Below, in pieces: positions 57,855 to 58,420 of a stretch of DNA of 58,420 nt. How positions within the stretch are numbered: the first letter of the stretch is position 1; each line of letters opens with the position of its first letter. The notes under the pieces were generated by a model that was not told the origin of the DNA, ran no database searches, and saw nothing but the letters and a program-made list of their open reading frames with translations. The DNA is taken from NCBI GenBank assembly GCA_963676915.2, contig CAXXVK010000055.1:1-58420 (forward strand). Direction: 5' to 3'. This DNA comes from Myxococcota bacterium (GTDB lineage: Bacteria; Myxococcota_A; SURF-8; G963663525). The position numbers were made by a program, and so were the translations under genes.

Positions 57855-58420
57855 TCAATCTTCGAGAATTTTGATCGTCGGTTTGAGTTGGTATTCGCCG
57901 TTTCCTTTTTCGATCAATGATTCTTCAGCATCGAAATCCAGCCGAATCGTAATTTCTTCATCGGCCACGATGTCGAAATTGCTGACAAGTTTCACCGTTC
58001 CCGAAGAAACCGACACCTCGGATTCTTCTCCATCGATGGTTACGGTCGAAGGAGTCGTTTCGGAGACGATCAGCCGGATTTGGGTGACTTTACCTTCCGG
58101 CAGCTCGGCCAGCCCCAGATCCGTAGGATTGTCCTTCAACTGGATCAGGTCGAATTCGGTCGGCGTATTCATAATGGTTTTCCAACCCGTGTCATCAAAC
58201 AGATCCGTTTCTTCTTCCGCTACCTCTTCTTCGGCGGCTTCTTCCGTGGCTTCTTCCGTGATTTCCGCTACTTCCACTTCATCATCCACATCGCCATCTG
58301 CATCTTTCAATAGTTTCGATGAGGCGTTTTCTTCAGCGTTTTGTTCGGTATTGGCTTCTTCGTTGCCATCTTTGGCAACAAAATGCAGCGAAACTTCATC
58401 CACGGTAATCATCAGTTTCT
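57855..58420 (-). CDS. DUF4382-like protein, 5' end outside the window
   Basis: FDLIQL...LPEGKVTQIRLIV...VKL...LDFDAEES...YQLKPTI; the frame runs off the window edge. Confidence 0.7.
   Translation of the reverse strand, partial: KLMITVDEVSLHFVAKDGNEEANTEQNAEENASSKLLKDADGDVDDEVEVAEITEEATEEAAEEEVAEEETDLFDDTGWKTIMNTPTEFDLIQLKDNPTDLGLAELPEGKVTQIRLIVSETTPSTVTIDGEESEVSVSSGTVKLVSNFDIVADEEITIRLDFDAEESLIEKGNGEYQLKPTIKILED

Noticed and set aside
29515-58313. Many long antisense or alternative-frame ORFs (e.g. 31209-32132, 39166-40287, 44735-46450, 47513-48655)
   Set aside because: They are shadows of well-supported genes in GC-rich DNA and lack recognisable motifs.

Overview
Bacterial window, probably a deltaproteobacterial/Myxococcota-like lineage (inferred from TIGR02147-like, DUF1566, Cys-rich and acidic-linker lipoproteins). 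There are three zones. (1) ~1-14,950 is an accessory region: a TetR regulator plus a frameshifted molybdopterin oxidoreductase; a TIGR02147-like regulator cassette with secreted proteins, including a six-repeat antistasin-like protein; a sensor-less hybrid kinase; two lipoproteins; and decayed primase/helicase and integrase fragments that point to an older island. (2) 14,950-29,022 is a 14-kb integrative element bounded by a 53-bp direct repeat of the tRNA-His 3' end. It carries a tyrosine integrase, AlpA, a primase-polymerase/helicase split at an A9 run, probable arm sites and iterons, and AT-rich cargo: a DUF4297-HerA anti-phage system facing an uncharacterised triple-GAF kinase / stand-alone receiver / two-TM protein operon. 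The target tRNA-His is non-canonical (no G-1; A73; G1:U72). (3) 29,050-58,420 is GC-richer backbone: lptB, a two-component pair, a divergent tatC, PP2C, amidase, GH1, rhaM, tdh, GH31, large Cys-rich lipoproteins, Slt, SDR, ndk and a cupin. All family calls come from motif recognition by eye; no database search was run.
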